DNA of 64,000 nucleotides from an uncultured archaeon (GCA_937921735.1 CAKZTQ010000011.1:82333-146332), one strand, 5' to 3'; positions 1-9,798 are shown, numbered from the stretch's first letter. Translations and numbers: made by a program. The notes: generated from the letters alone by a model not told the origin.

Positions 1-239
1 ACCTCGCCGCTAACCAAGCCCTTGACGTGTTTAAGACCGAAGCGCGCCCGCGCCACCGCATTTTCCTCCGAGGTCTCGATGAACACGTACCCTTTTATCC
101 CATCGGGCGCGAGCACGGCCTTTATGGGTAGGTTGGCGTTTCTAGCCTTGGTGGCTATCATGTCCGCCGCAGCTTTTTCTTGACCTATCGTCGTCCTGAC
201 CGCGAAGATGGCTGGCCTTTTGACCTCCTGTTCCTCCAA
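1..239 (-). CDS. spt5: Transcription elongation factor Spt5/NusG, N-terminal part (gene runs off the window edge)
   Basis: Not in the ORF track. My minus-strand translation from TTG at 239 reads LEEQEVKRPAIFAVRTTIGQEKAAADMIATKARNANLPIKAVLAPDGIKGYVFIETSEE. This is the IFAVRTT.GQEK NGN-domain signature, and the gene sits directly downstream of secE. The start codon is uncertain. Confidence 0.75.
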   Translation of the reverse strand, partial: MEEQEVKRPAIFAVRTTIGQEKAAADMIATKARNANLPIKAVLAPDGIKGYVFIETSEENAVARARFGLKHVKGLVSGE

Positions 240-251
240 GATCTCAACCCC

Positions 252-431
252 TCAAACAACTCCGGCCATCCCACCGACGGCATAGCTGATCATCATTATC
301 AAAAACCCAACCAGCCCTATCAATAGGATCCCCAATCCAGTTATCTTGCTTATATCTAGATATTCTGCTCTTCCAGGCTTTCGGGCAACGCGCAACACAC
401 GTCTGCACTCGTATATGAACTTCCGCAACAT
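252..431 (-). CDS. secE: Preprotein translocase subunit SecE / Sec61-gamma (59 aa)
   Basis: Below the ORF-track size cutoff. The ATG at 431 abuts the ftsZ stop (432-434) and the TGA is at 252-254. Translation is [59 protein letters not shown], a basic N-terminus plus one C-terminal TM helix. It lies immediately upstream of spt5. Confidence 0.7.
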   Translation of the reverse strand: MLRKFIYECRRVLRVARKPGRAEYLDISKITGLGILLIGLVGFLIMMISYAVGGMAGVV

Positions 432-1571
432 TTACTTCAGGAACTCCAGCTCTAGATCCACGGCCTCTGTTGGCCTCCTCGGTAACTCGCCAGGACCGAG
501 TACGTACGGTGAATGGACTCCCGAGAGTATTACCATCACCCGCACGGCATTTTTGAGATCCTCGGATATCTGTGCCCCCCATATTATCTGGGCCTCCGGA
601 TCGAGTGCTTCCGATACTTTCCCCACAATTTTCTCAGCTTCCTCCAGCGTCATGTCCGGGCTCCCGACCACGTTTACTAGTGCCCCTTTGGCGCCGGTGA
701 TGTCGACGTCCAGCAGCGGACTGTGCAACGCCTCGTCCACCGCCTCGATCGCCCGATTCTCCGTGTCGGACTCGCCTATTCCTATCATCGCTACGCCACC
801 GTTCTGCAACACGGTTCGGACATCCGCGAAGTCCAAATTGATCAAGCCCGGTTTTGTTATCATCTCAGTTATCCCTTTGATCGCGTCCATCAGCAGCTGG
901 TCCGCTACCTTAAAGGCAGCCCCGATGGGTAGGTCCGGTGCGATCTCCAGCAATTTATCGTTTGGTATCACTATCACCGTATCTGCTATCTCCCGGAGAC
1001 GCGACAAGCCTCGCTCCGCATTTTGCCTGCGCCGTTTCCCCTCGACGGTAAATGGCAAGGTAACGACGGCAACTGTTAGGGCACCTATTTTCTTCGCAAC
1101 CTCAGCCACGACCGGAGATGCCCCAGTGCCGGTCCCGCCTCCTAGGCCACAGGTCACGAACACCATATCTGCGGGATAAAGGTAGTCCTTTATCATCGCT
1201 TCGTCTTCCCTCGCCGCAGCTTCGCCCTTTTCCGGATCGTTTCCAGCCCCAAGTCCTCCCGTCGTTTCATGACCGATCAGTATCTTCTTATCGGCGGTCG
1301 TATAGAGCAAATCCTGCGCATCGGTGTTGAGAGCGATGGTTTCGGCGCCCTCGATGCCCACCGCCATCATCCTGGAAATCGTGTTGCAGCCAGCTCCACC
1401 ACAGCCGACGACCACAATCCTCGCGCGCGCGCGTTGCAATATCTGCTCGAGTTCCTCATCCATGGATTTAGCTAGGGGCGAGACCCTTGTTTTGGTCGGT
1501 GCAGAAATACCCGGTTTCACCAACTCGAAGCCGGTTTCGGGCCTGAAAGCGCCAATTTCGGTCTTCTCCAC
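432..1571 (-). CDS. ftsZ: Cell division GTPase FtsZ
   Basis: 379-aa ORF with the tubulin/FtsZ signatures [15 protein letters not shown] and [20 protein letters not shown]. Confidence 0.95.
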   Translation of the reverse strand: MEKTEIGAFRPETGFELVKPGISAPTKTRVSPLAKSMDEELEQILQRARARIVVVGCGGAGCNTISRMMAVGIEGAETIALNTDAQDLLYTTADKKILIGHETTGGLGAGNDPEKGEAAAREDEAMIKDYLYPADMVFVTCGLGGGTGTGASPVVAEVAKKIGALTVAVVTLPFTVEGKRRRQNAERGLSRLREIADTVIVIPNDKLLEIAPDLPIGAAFKVADQLLMDAIKGITEMITKPGLINLDFADVRTVLQNGGVAMIGIGESDTENRAIEAVDEALHSPLLDVDITGAKGALVNVVGSPDMTLEEAEKIVGKVSEALDPEAQIIWGAQISEDLKNAVRVMVILSGVHSPYVLGPGELPRRPTEAVDLELEFLK

Positions 1572-1653
1572 ATATATCCTCCACGATTATTTCGTGATGA
1601 TTAGTTTTTGTTAGGTCAATTTAAGCTTTTGTATATAGACCAGAACCGCCTCT

Positions 1654-2409
1654 TTATATTGTCTGAAGGCCAAGCTCGGCGATGATCGCTTGTAATCGCC
1701 GACGTTGCTCGCCGCTAAGACCCTTGCAGTCCAGCGCGACGACTTCAACCCCTCCACGCGTTCTCGCGATGGCTTTCCGCACGAGCCCTCTATCCACGTC
1801 TATGTATGACGGCAGGATGTGGCCGATGCACAGGTCCGTGCGTAAGACGGCTTCGGTATGCCTTGGCGCATAATGAGGGCCTCCCAGCCCAAGGGCGTTC
1901 CTCCCCTCGACCGGTGAAGTGGCAGCCATTATCGCCCGCGCGGCGGCCGAGGCAGCTTTCTCATCGCGCCATTGTGCCGGCGAGCTACCCACCTCCACGA
2001 AAGTCACGGGCTCGTCGAGCTTGGTCGGTCCGTGGTGGGTCGCCTCCAGGGAAACATCGTACCGCGGGGCTAACTCGTCCCTCGCCGTCGCCAGCGCCTG
2101 GAGGGCGGCCTTCACCGTTGCTGGGGATGCGACCGCTAGCTCGCCGCTTCTCAAATCGCCTGGCACGTGGACGGTGAGCGTCGGCCTGCGCGACTCGCTG
2201 GCGTGCCTAGATGCGACGATTACTTCCTCAGCCGCGATCGGTAGCTCGGCGAGCTCGATCGCTTCGGTCCTGATTATCGCTAGGGACACATCGCCGTGAA
2301 CGTAAACATCTGGCTCGCTGCTTTGCCTTTCAAAATCAAAGAACTCGAGCAGTTGTGCGGCGATGTTTTGAGCCGCTGGGTCTCGAGCCGACGCTATTAT
2401 CAGCTTCAT
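1654..2409 (-). CDS. dtdA: D-aminoacyl-tRNA deacylase, archaeal type (DtdA/DTD2)
   Basis: 251 aa. N-terminus is MKLIIASARDPAAQNIA, with SRHASESRRPTLTVHVPG, EATHHGPT..PVTFVEVGS and GGPHYAPRH..GHILP blocks typical of the DTD2 family. Confidence 0.8.
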   Translation of the reverse strand: MKLIIASARDPAAQNIAAQLLEFFDFERQSSEPDVYVHGDVSLAIIRTEAIELAELPIAAEEVIVASRHASESRRPTLTVHVPGDLRSGELAVASPATVKAALQALATARDELAPRYDVSLEATHHGPTKLDEPVTFVEVGSSPAQWRDEKAASAAARAIMAATSPVEGRNALGLGGPHYAPRHTEAVLRTDLCIGHILPSYIDVDRGLVRKAIARTRGGVEVVALDCKGLSGEQRRRLQAIIAELGLQTI

Positions 2410-2458
2410 CCTTACCTCCTGAAGCCTTGCTCGATTGCTTCAACACTCTTAGTTTAGG

Positions 2459-2544
2459 TGGGCCCGCTGGGATTCGAACCCAGGACCTTCGCCTTTTCGA
2501 GGCACCTCGTCAAGGCGACGTCATAACCACTAGACCACGGGCCC
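2459..2544 (-). tRNA. tRNA-Val (anticodon GAC) with a ~13-nt intron at the canonical 37/38 position
   Basis: Minus-strand read: GGGCCCG-TG-GTCT-AGTGGTTA-TGAC-G-TCGCC-TTGACG[AGGTGCCTCGAAA]A-GGCGA-AGGTC-CTGGG-TTCGAAT-CCCAG-CGGGCCC-A. All four stems close. A full CCA is not encoded. Confidence 0.8.
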
Positions 2545-2546
2545 GC

Positions 2547-2623
2547 TGGTGGACCGGGCGGGATTTGAACCCGCGCCCTCTCGCATGCCAAGCGAGCGCG
2601 ATTCCAGACTTCGCCACCGGCCC
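2547..2623 (-). tRNA. tRNA-Ala (anticodon GGC), CCA encoded, no intron
   Basis: GGGCCGG-TG-GCGA-AGTCTGGAA-TCGC-G-CTCGC-TTGGCAT-GCGAG-AGGGC-GCGGG-TTCAAAT-CCCGC-CCGGTCC-A-CCA. The G3:U70 wobble pair (Ala identity element) is present. 77 nt. Confidence 0.9.
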
Positions 2624-2657
2624 ACTGAGAAATAGTTGTAGTTGGGGATTTAAGTCT

Positions 2658-2849
2658 CTACCGTAGGCGCTGGCGTCCTCCATGGGGTTTCTTCACCTTC
2701 CAGCTGTACTGAACGATTCGGCGAGACCTTCCGTAACCGCAGGCCGCGCAGACCCCCTTTTGGGCGTGATATGCGCGCCTGCCGCACCTCCGGCAGCGGA
2801 TGTGCATCACCTTATGGCGCTTGCCCATGGAGGGGGTGCCCTTAACCAT
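2658..2849 (-). CDS. rpl37e: 50S ribosomal protein L37e
   Basis: ORF 2658..2927 trimmed to the ATG at 2849. Translation begins [40 protein letters not shown], with a CxxC..CxxC zinc ribbon. It lies 4 nt downstream of the Sm gene. Confidence 0.9.
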   Translation of the reverse strand: MVKGTPSMGKRHKVMHIRCRRCGRRAYHAQKGVCAACGYGRSRRIVQYSWKVKKPHGGRQRLR

Positions 2850-2853
2850 GAGA

Positions 2854-3090
2854 TCACTCTGCCGGTGAGATGAAGACGACGCTATCTCCGCGTATAACCA
2901 TCGTGCCGTATCGCTTGACGGATTCATTGCCCTGTAATTCCTCGGCGTCCTCGAGCACTAGGTTTACGTGCATGTCGAAGCCGCCGAGCTTGCCCCTAAG
3001 TTCGCGGCCACCCTTTAGACTCACCAATACCGGCGACCCCAAGGCACGGTTCAGGACATCGAGCGGCCGCTGCATGGGCATGAAAATCAT
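2854..3090 (-). CDS. Sm-like archaeal protein (SmAP/LSm)
   Basis: Contains [46 protein letters not shown]...[12 protein letters not shown], covering the Sm1 and Sm2 motifs. In-frame ATGs occur at 3120, 3090, 3081 and 3075, so the start is uncertain. Confidence 0.85.
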   Translation of the reverse strand: MIFMPMQRPLDVLNRALGSPVLVSLKGGRELRGKLGGFDMHVNLVLEDAEELQGNESVKRYGTMVIRGDSVVFISPAE

Positions 3091-3140
3091 CAATCCGTCA
3101 GCAGCCCGGTATTTAAGCATATCGAGTACTTCTTAAAGCG

Positions 3141-3653
3141 ATGTCGATCAAGCGAAGATATCACGCCAGAAAAGCTTTGCTCAGACGGTTGAGCATCGAG
3201 CTCCAGAATAAGTTCGGTAAATCGTTTTCCGAATTCATCATGGGCGATGTCGAGATAGTGGAGTTGGACGACGGTCGCCAGGTGATACTGTCGGGCGGAA
3301 GACCGATCTTGATCAGGGCGAAAGAGGGCATTTTTCCGACCCTTGCGACGCTCGATAGGGTATCCCTGAAACGCGTGGTCGTGGACATGGGCGCCGTCCC
3401 CCACGTAGCTAATGGGGCCGATGTCATGGCGCCAGGCGTAACCGCCGCTGATGGCGACATCTCGCCGGGTGACGAGGTGATGGTCGTCGACGAGCGCAAT
3501 GCCAAGCCACTCGCTATAGGCCTAGCGTTGGTGCCAGGCAGCGCCATGAGGGCACCGAGGGGGAGAGTGGTGAAGAACCTCCATCACGTTGGAGACAAGA
3601 TATGGTCGCTATCCAAGAGGGCCCAGGGTCTTGGGAGCCGAGAAAAGGGTTAA
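3141..3653 (+). CDS. PUA-domain RNA-binding protein (universal archaeal PUA protein type)
   Basis: 170 aa. N-terminal pre-PUA region (RKALLRRLSIELQNKFG) followed by a PUA-like block VVVDMGAVPHVANGADVMAPGV...GDEVMVVDERNAKPLAIGLAL. Confidence 0.7.
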   Translation: MSIKRRYHARKALLRRLSIELQNKFGKSFSEFIMGDVEIVELDDGRQVILSGGRPILIRAKEGIFPTLATLDRVSLKRVVVDMGAVPHVANGADVMAPGVTAADGDISPGDEVMVVDERNAKPLAIGLALVPGSAMRAPRGRVVKNLHHVGDKIWSLSKRAQGLGSREKG

Positions 3654-3695
3654 ATATAGAGAAAATCATCGACAAATTGCTGTGGAGGAATAATC

Positions 3696-4073
3696 TTGGA
3701 ATATTTAAAAAGGATTTTTAGGAGGACGCCTGAGCAACGGCCTGAGGCAGTGGAAGAGGTGCCAATTCTCGAGGTCGAAGAAGCTGTCAAGGGTAGGGGG
3801 CTGAGCGAGATCGAGCCGATATACGTAAAGAGCATGAATTTACAAAGCCTCGTCGACGTCCGCGAGGTCGCGGAAGAGTTGAGGGCTGGCAACATTGTGG
3901 TCCTCGATATTACCCCGCTAATGAACCAAGATCCCGCTGAGCTCAAGCGGGCGATCGATCAACTTAAGGGAATAACCCACGGGATCGGGGGAGATATCGG
4001 GCGCTTGACCGAGTCCAAGGTGATAGCCACACCAAAATTCGTCCGCATTCAGTTCAAGAAAACCGAAGCCTGA
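3696..4073 (+). CDS. sepF: SepF-like cell division protein (FtsZ anchor)
   Basis: 125 aa with a TTG start 6 nt after GGAGGA. The C-terminal SepF-like core is IYVKSMNLQSLVDVREVAEELRAGNIVVLDITPLMNQDPAELKRAIDQLKGITHGIGGDIGRLTESKVIATPKFVRI. Confidence 0.75.
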   Translation: MEYLKRIFRRTPEQRPEAVEEVPILEVEEAVKGRGLSEIEPIYVKSMNLQSLVDVREVAEELRAGNIVVLDITPLMNQDPAELKRAIDQLKGITHGIGGDIGRLTESKVIATPKFVRIQFKKTEA

Positions 4074-4087
4074 TTTTTGGTGGCATC

Positions 4088-4663
4088 ATGGAAAAAAGGG
4101 AGTTTGAGCTCCCACTCGAACGTTGCCCACTTTGTAATGTTGAAGGAAGTTTTTATATCAAGGGGCGAATCGATGATATCCCATACTTTGGCGAAGTTAT
4201 GGAAACCTTGATGAAATGCGAAAGCTGTAAATTTAAGCATGCCGATGTCATGTGTCTCGGCGAACGCAAGCCGATGCGCTACGAGTTTCTAATCACCTCC
4301 GAAAAAGATCTTACAGTTAGGGTGGTGAAATCGAGCACTGGAACCATCAAAGTCCCTGAGCTGGGCGTGAAAGTGGAGCCCGGTCCGGCATCGGAGGGCT
4401 ACGTATCAAATATAGAGGGCGTGCTCGATAGGATCGAGGAGGCCGTCAGGCTGGCGCTCGAGGGCGCAGACGACGTTCGGCGAAGGCGGGGCGAGGCAAT
4501 CCTCAAGAAAATCGACGCCATACGCGCGGGCAAGCTTAAGGCGAGATTGGTGGTGATGGACCCCTTTGGTCATAGCGCGATCGTAGACGGGCGGGCGAGG
4601 AAGCGCGAGTTGAAGCAGAGAGAGATAAAATCGCTCAAAACCGGCCCAGTCCAGCTAAAGTGA
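4088..4663 (+). CDS. ZPR1-type zinc-finger protein
   Basis: 191 aa. CPLCNVEGSF...IPYFGEVMETLMKCESCKFKH is the ZPR1 C4 zinc-finger pattern, followed by a beta-rich domain. Confidence 0.7.
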   Translation: MEKREFELPLERCPLCNVEGSFYIKGRIDDIPYFGEVMETLMKCESCKFKHADVMCLGERKPMRYEFLITSEKDLTVRVVKSSTGTIKVPELGVKVEPGPASEGYVSNIEGVLDRIEEAVRLALEGADDVRRRRGEAILKKIDAIRAGKLKARLVVMDPFGHSAIVDGRARKRELKQREIKSLKTGPVQLK

Positions 4664-4666
4664 TGG

Positions 4667-6574
4667 CTAATGTAACCTGATTACCTCTAGGTTTGCCGGC
4701 GCCTTGGTCTCGATTTTGAAGAGCTTATGTATCGCGCTCGCTAGGTCTATACATTTGTTGTTCTCACCGTGGCAGCATATCACTCGCTCGGGCTTGGGTG
4801 AAATCCTTCTGACGTAGTTTAAAAGTTGAGCCCTATCCGAGTGTCCGCTGAATCCCTCGATCGTTCGTACTTCCATGTTGATTTTTACTTCCTCTATCTT
4901 GCCACCCTGGCCACGCAGCGGTATCTCACGCCAACCCTTTTGGATTCTCCGACCCAGCGAACCCTCGCACTGATAGCCGACGAAGACCAAACAGTTGTGG
5001 GGGTCTGGGGCCAACGCTTTGAAGTACTCGATCACTGGCCCGCCGGCCATCATACCCGCCGTTGAAAGGATAACGGCTGGCCCACCTTCTATTACCTCCG
5101 CGCGCTGGCTTGGGTCGGTAACCCGTATGAACATATCCGAGAGGAACGGATTCTTGTCCTGATGGAAGATCAGTTCACGCAGCTCGGGGCTTAAATATTC
5201 GGGATAGGCGGTGTGGATGGCCGTAGCTTCCCAGATCATCCCATCTAGATAGACCGGCACATCTCCGAGCAGTCCGTTGCGCCTGTAGTTTTCAAGCAGG
5301 ACCATCATCTCTTGAGCTCTTCCAACCGCAAATACAGGTACTAATACCTTGCCCCCGCGATTGATGGTTTCCGTTACCACGCGAAGGAGTTCCTTTTCCG
5401 CATCCGCGCGATGGGGCTGGATATCATCGGCCCCTCCATACGTGCTGTCTATGATGAGCGTCTCCAAGCGAGGAAAGGTGCAGGTCGCCGGAGAAAATAG
5501 GCGGGTCCGGTCAAACTTCATGTCGCCCGTGTAGACGACGTTATACAGGCCCTCGCCGATGTGGATGTGCGTGATCGCCGAGCCCAAGATATGACCGGCG
5601 TTGTGAAAAGTGATCTTGATATCGGGCGAAATATCCGTCACATCGCCGTAGTCAAGGGGTATCGTATGCTGCACGAAGGTACGGATGTCTTTTTTGTCGT
5701 ATGGCGGCGGCTTGTCCTCGCGCTCGGCTATCTCGAGGTAATCGAGTTGCAACAGCACCGAAAGGTCGCGCGTGGGCGGGGTACAATATACGGGTCCATC
5801 GAATCCGTATTTGAAGAGGTAAGGAACAAATCCCATGTGGTCCAAGTGGGCATGGCTTATGATCACCGCGTCGAGCTCCGATAGCCTGAGCTCAGGCGCC
5901 TCAAGATGGGGAAATGCTCGCTCGTCAGAGGCCACATTTATCCCGCAATCAAGGAGGATGCGGCTTTCCGGCGTTTGCAGTAAAAACGACGACCGACCGA
6001 CCTCCCTTGAGCCTCCCAGCGAGGATATTCTGATCCAGCTGGCCTTTGCTCTCGGTTCGCGATAAATTCGCCTCCCGATCTTGCGCATTATCTCCCTGCA
6101 CTCAGCGCTTGACTGGATCGCGGAATAGCGGATGTTTCGCACGATGTCGGATTGAATTGGTAGTGCGCGGACCACTTTGGGCGTCCAGCCAATCCTTCGC
6201 ATGATTTCTCTTAGCAGCGACCCACCTTTCCCTATGGCGATGCCGGGCTTTTGGGCCTCTATTGTGACCTCACCTACATCGGGGTTGAAGATGATTTTTT
6301 CTAAGCCAGCTTCTGGAGGAACGATCTTGCGGATCTCATCCTCGGCTTTTTTCTGATCCATCAAAATAGATGGATCCGGGCGCAACATTATTCGTTTCCG
6401 GATCCTCCGCGCGAGTTCTTTGATCGCGTCCTCGTCCTGCATCAGCAGATCCGGATTGCGGCAATAGAGCACTATCTTTGGTCCTTCGATGTCTATATCT
6501 GAGATGGCATCGGCGAAGGGGGTTTCCTCTCGCACGATGCGCCTTATCTCATTTAAGAGATCTTCTGCAGCCAT
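4667..6574 (-). CDS. KH-domain beta-CASP ribonuclease aCPSF1 (FttA transcription termination factor)
   Basis: 635 aa. N-terminal KH-like region (PGIAIGKGGSLLREI), metallo-beta-lactamase motif SHAHLDHMG, and a beta-CASP C-terminal part with FSGHSD. Confidence 0.9.
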   Translation of the reverse strand: MAAEDLLNEIRRIVREETPFADAISDIDIEGPKIVLYCRNPDLLMQDEDAIKELARRIRKRIMLRPDPSILMDQKKAEDEIRKIVPPEAGLEKIIFNPDVGEVTIEAQKPGIAIGKGGSLLREIMRRIGWTPKVVRALPIQSDIVRNIRYSAIQSSAECREIMRKIGRRIYREPRAKASWIRISSLGGSREVGRSSFLLQTPESRILLDCGINVASDERAFPHLEAPELRLSELDAVIISHAHLDHMGFVPYLFKYGFDGPVYCTPPTRDLSVLLQLDYLEIAEREDKPPPYDKKDIRTFVQHTIPLDYGDVTDISPDIKITFHNAGHILGSAITHIHIGEGLYNVVYTGDMKFDRTRLFSPATCTFPRLETLIIDSTYGGADDIQPHRADAEKELLRVVTETINRGGKVLVPVFAVGRAQEMMVLLENYRRNGLLGDVPVYLDGMIWEATAIHTAYPEYLSPELRELIFHQDKNPFLSDMFIRVTDPSQRAEVIEGGPAVILSTAGMMAGGPVIEYFKALAPDPHNCLVFVGYQCEGSLGRRIQKGWREIPLRGQGGKIEEVKINMEVRTIEGFSGHSDRAQLLNYVRRISPKPERVICCHGENNKCIDLASAIHKLFKIETKAPANLEVIRLH

Positions 6575-6595
6575 GGTGACACCTTTCCTTTTTTC

Positions 6596-7219
6596 TTACG
6601 CCAATTTTTTGATCTCTTTAGGCGTGAGCTCTCTATACCCAGATTTTGTTATGACGGCGACGGTTATCTCGTTACCAGTAGCGATGTCCCGTTTCATTGC
6701 CGCCTTGATCGCCTTGATGGCAATGGGTAACGCACTTTCGGTGGTCATGCCATTTCTGAACTCGCTCTCCAACACACCATAAGCGATCGGCGAACCAGAG
6801 CCAGTTGCGACCATCGTCTCCTCCGTGAGTGAACCATCGAGGTCTATGAAGTACAAGTGCTGTCCCGTGTTGTCTACTCCACCCACCAGCAAGTTGGCGA
6901 TGTATGGAAACATCCGGTAAGCATGGAGCACGTTCGCTACCAGCCTCGCGGCCGCTTGGACGCTCATCGGGACGCCCTCTCGCATTTGATAGTATCCCGC
7001 CTCTGCCCTGAGGATGTTTACCAGATCTTGGGTATCCGCTACTCCTCCTGCAACGGTGACGCCGATGTTGTCTGTAATTTTGTAGACCTTACGCGCTTGT
7101 TTGCTCGCGACCAAATACCCCATCGTCGCTCTGGTATCCGTAACTAAGACTACCCCGTCCCTGCAGACCAACCCGATGGTCGTCGTGCCTTCGAGGTGTT
7201 TAAACCGACCGTCTTCCAA
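6596..7219 (-). CDS. psmB: Proteasome subunit beta
   Basis: 207 aa. A short propeptide is followed by G/TTTIGLVCRDGVVLVTDTRAT (catalytic Thr). Confidence 0.9.
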   Translation of the reverse strand: MEDGRFKHLEGTTTIGLVCRDGVVLVTDTRATMGYLVASKQARKVYKITDNIGVTVAGGVADTQDLVNILRAEAGYYQMREGVPMSVQAAARLVANVLHAYRMFPYIANLLVGGVDNTGQHLYFIDLDGSLTEETMVATGSGSPIAYGVLESEFRNGMTTESALPIAIKAIKAAMKRDIATGNEITVAVITKSGYRELTPKEIKKLA

Positions 7220-7328
7220 TTTTGATACCTCGCGAAGAAATGCCGCGTTAGAAGCAGCAATTGAAATTTCTCATTACCGTATATAAACTTTTATCCACCT
7301 TACGGACAAGGAAGGTTAGTTCGCTGAG

Positions 7329-8387
7329 ATGGTTGTTGTGAAGGAAGCAAAGCGCATAGAGCTGCCTCGCGAGGTATGGATGGGCCCGCGGGTGCTCAAA
7401 AGGATTGGAGATGTGTGCAACCGCCTTCATGTAGGAAAGCGTGCTCTTATCATCTCTGATTCGATAACTTTTAAATTGGCCGGCAGCAGCGTTCGTAGGA
7501 TCCTATCGAAAAAAAACTTTGAGGTGGGGTACTCCTTGATAGAGCAGGCGGATGTGGCCACCGTTACAAGGATACGCGAGTTGATAAGAAAGGATCAAAT
7601 TGACTTCCTACTAGGGGTTGGCGGGGGTAAATGCATAGATGTGGCAAAGCTCGCCTCATTCCGTGAAGGTAAGCCCTTCGTCTCCGTACCCACTGCGGCA
7701 TCGCACGACGGCATAGCTTCGGCGCGCGCGTCCATCAAGGGTGCTCGACGCCCGGTTTCCATAGGGGCTCAAGCCCCCATCGCGATCATAGCCGACACGC
7801 TCATAATTAAAAGTGCTCCTCATCGTCTTTTAGCCGCGGGATGCGGAGACTTGATCGCGAACTTCACTGCGGTCCGCGATTGGGAGCTGGCCAACCGTGT
7901 TCGCGGTGAGCCCTTCAGTGAGTACGCCGCCGCACTTTCTTCCATGAGCGCCCAACTCATCCTGAAAAATGCGGATATGATCCGAGAACACACAGAAGAG
8001 AGCGTCCGCAAGGTCGTCAAGGGGCTAATAAGTAGTGGGGTGGCGATGGGGATAGCCGGCAGCAGCAGGCCGGCGAGCGGTTCCGAGCATTTATTTAGTC
8101 ATGCGCTGGACCTCATCGCTCCCCAGCCTGCGTTACATGGTGAACAATGCGGCGTCGGCACGATAATGATGATGTATTTGCACGAAGGCGATTGGCAAGC
8201 GATCAGAGACGCTCTTCGAACGATAGGGTGTCCCACGAACGCAAGGGAGCTTAACATCCCTTCAAAGTACATCGTCAAGGCATTGACCATTGCGCACAAG
8301 ATCAGGCCTGAGCGGTATACGATACTTGGCGATGGGTTGAGTAAAAGGGCTGCCGAAAGATTGGCTAAAAAAACCGGCGTTATTTAG
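7329..8387 (+). CDS. egsA: sn-glycerol-1-phosphate dehydrogenase
   Basis: 352 aa with an iron-ADH/DHQS-like fold: GVGGGKCIDVAKLAS, ASHDGIAS, GSEHLFSHALD, HGEQCGVGT. Size and pattern match archaeal G1PDH. Confidence 0.85.
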   Translation: MVVVKEAKRIELPREVWMGPRVLKRIGDVCNRLHVGKRALIISDSITFKLAGSSVRRILSKKNFEVGYSLIEQADVATVTRIRELIRKDQIDFLLGVGGGKCIDVAKLASFREGKPFVSVPTAASHDGIASARASIKGARRPVSIGAQAPIAIIADTLIIKSAPHRLLAAGCGDLIANFTAVRDWELANRVRGEPFSEYAAALSSMSAQLILKNADMIREHTEESVRKVVKGLISSGVAMGIAGSSRPASGSEHLFSHALDLIAPQPALHGEQCGVGTIMMMYLHEGDWQAIRDALRTIGCPTNARELNIPSKYIVKALTIAHKIRPERYTILGDGLSKRAAERLAKKTGVI

Positions 8388-8405
8388 TTTTCACGGAGGT
8401 TCAAC

Positions 8406-9065
8406 TTATGTTTCTAATAGCTTGGCGCAGACCCCGTTTTCGACCACCAACTCAGCCGCATAGCCCCTGCTTATCGGACCCGGATTTACGATGAGCGTTC
8501 GGCCGATCTTATCGGTGTTTCTAGCTTCATGTACATGGCCGCATAGTGCTGCCAATGGTTGCTTTTGCTCAATGATTTGCCGCACACTTTTGCTTCCGAC
8601 GTGTATTCCGGCCTCCGTCCGATCGACGCGCGTGTCATAAGGAGGTGTGTGCGTTATCAGTATCCAATTATCGTCGACTCCCAGCGTCAGCGCGGTGAGT
8701 TCTTCCTTGATTTCGGTTTCAGTAAACTCAAATGGCGTGTTAAATGGGGTCAGATTAGAACCGCCGAAGCCTACTAGGGTTAAACCCCCGATTTTCATAC
8801 ATTTTGCATGAAGATTGACCTGATGTTTTTCGAGGACCTCCAAGATAGGTTTGGGGTCACAGTTGCCCGGCACGGCCAAGATAGGCACGCCTGTCGCTTC
8901 TAGTCTTGCTAACATACTTTCGACCAAGCTTACTGGCCCGAAGTTTGTCAGGTCACCGATCAATATCACATAATCGTATCCGCGTTGAAGAAATCTCAGC
9001 AAGTTGCTGTCCGCATTTGGTGATCCATGAAAGTCGGTTGCCGCGAGAATTCGCAGCTTAATCAC
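8406..9065 (-). CDS. Metallophosphoesterase family protein
   Basis: 219 aa with the calcineurin-like motifs ATDFHG, IGDLTNFG, PGNCD, THTPP and CGHVHE. Confidence 0.75.
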   Translation of the reverse strand: MIKLRILAATDFHGSPNADSNLLRFLQRGYDYVILIGDLTNFGPVSLVESMLARLEATGVPILAVPGNCDPKPILEVLEKHQVNLHAKCMKIGGLTLVGFGGSNLTPFNTPFEFTETEIKEELTALTLGVDDNWILITHTPPYDTRVDRTEAGIHVGSKSVRQIIEQKQPLAALCGHVHEARNTDKIGRTLIVNPGPISRGYAAELVVENGVCAKLLET

Positions 9066-9186
9066 CGATAATTATAACAGCTAACGACTATAAAAAAATT
9101 TAGATTTCATCTCTTCAATCATTTCTGAGAGTATTGTTCTTAGTGACGAAATTATCAGAGGAAAATCCAATGCTTGTGTTTAGTTT

Positions 9187-9798
9187 TCATTTTAACCTTT
9201 TAAAATGAATTATCGCATCAACCACTTTTTGAAGTTCCATTCGAAATCGCTCAAGATCGGAGTCGTTTTTTATCACCAGCATGGGCGCTTCAACGTGTTT
9301 CGATAGCTCTTCGTGATCATCTCGTGCATATGTTTTCTCCATTTCCTCCCGTGAAACGAGGTGGGCATCAAGTCCTTGTTCCTCTCTCGCGCGTCGAACG
9401 TTGCGCTCCCAGCATACATCGAATGGGGCCTCGATGTAAACGATTATCGAGTTTTGCATGACCTCCGGCGAGAAATTCTTAAAGGCCCTAACGTAGCTGT
9501 CTCTCGAGAACTCTATGAAAAGCAGGCGACCTTCGCTCTGTAACTTGAGCGCCTGTTCGTTTAGTGCCTTCGACAGATCGTCCCAAACTTTGTCGTCTAT
9601 AACTTTTACGCCACCTTCTGGCGTCGGTCGATGTCGTTTATATTCTACGTCCTCCTCGAAGATGCGTTTGAGAATCGGAAAATCATCTATCCGCATTATT
9701 TCACCTTTATAACCTGTGGCTCTGAGCAGTTCTGCGAGCAAACCGTAGGCGATGGATTTTCCGCAACCAGGTCTACCGATAAGAAAGACGTTAGGCAT
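9187..9798 (-). CDS. Small P-loop NTPase / kinase-like protein, substrate unknown
   Basis: 203 aa with N-terminal Walker A FLIGRPGCGKS. Its ATG (9798) overlaps the stop of the upstream TIM-barrel gene by 8 nt. Confidence 0.5.
   Translation of the reverse strand: MPNVFLIGRPGCGKSIAYGLLAELLRATGYKGEIMRIDDFPILKRIFEEDVEYKRHRPTPEGGVKVIDDKVWDDLSKALNEQALKLQSEGRLLFIEFSRDSYVRAFKNFSPEVMQNSIIVYIEAPFDVCWERNVRRAREEQGLDAHLVSREEMEKTYARDDHEELSKHVEAPMLVIKNDSDLERFRMELQKVVDAIIHFKRLK

Noticed and set aside
346-1179. 277-aa plus-strand ORF antisense to ftsZ (also 723..932, 1118..1614)
   Set aside because: It lies entirely opposite an unmistakable FtsZ gene. The Ser/Thr/Ala/Pro-rich low-complexity translation is typical of the shadow frame of a G+C-rich gene.
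1590-1670. Possible C/D-box sRNA between ftsZ and dtdA (GTGATGA at about 1595, CTGA at about 1663)
   Set aside because: I found no internal D'/C' boxes and no terminal pairing. The spacing is longer than typical archaeal C/D sRNAs. It is more likely the promoter and spacer of ftsZ.
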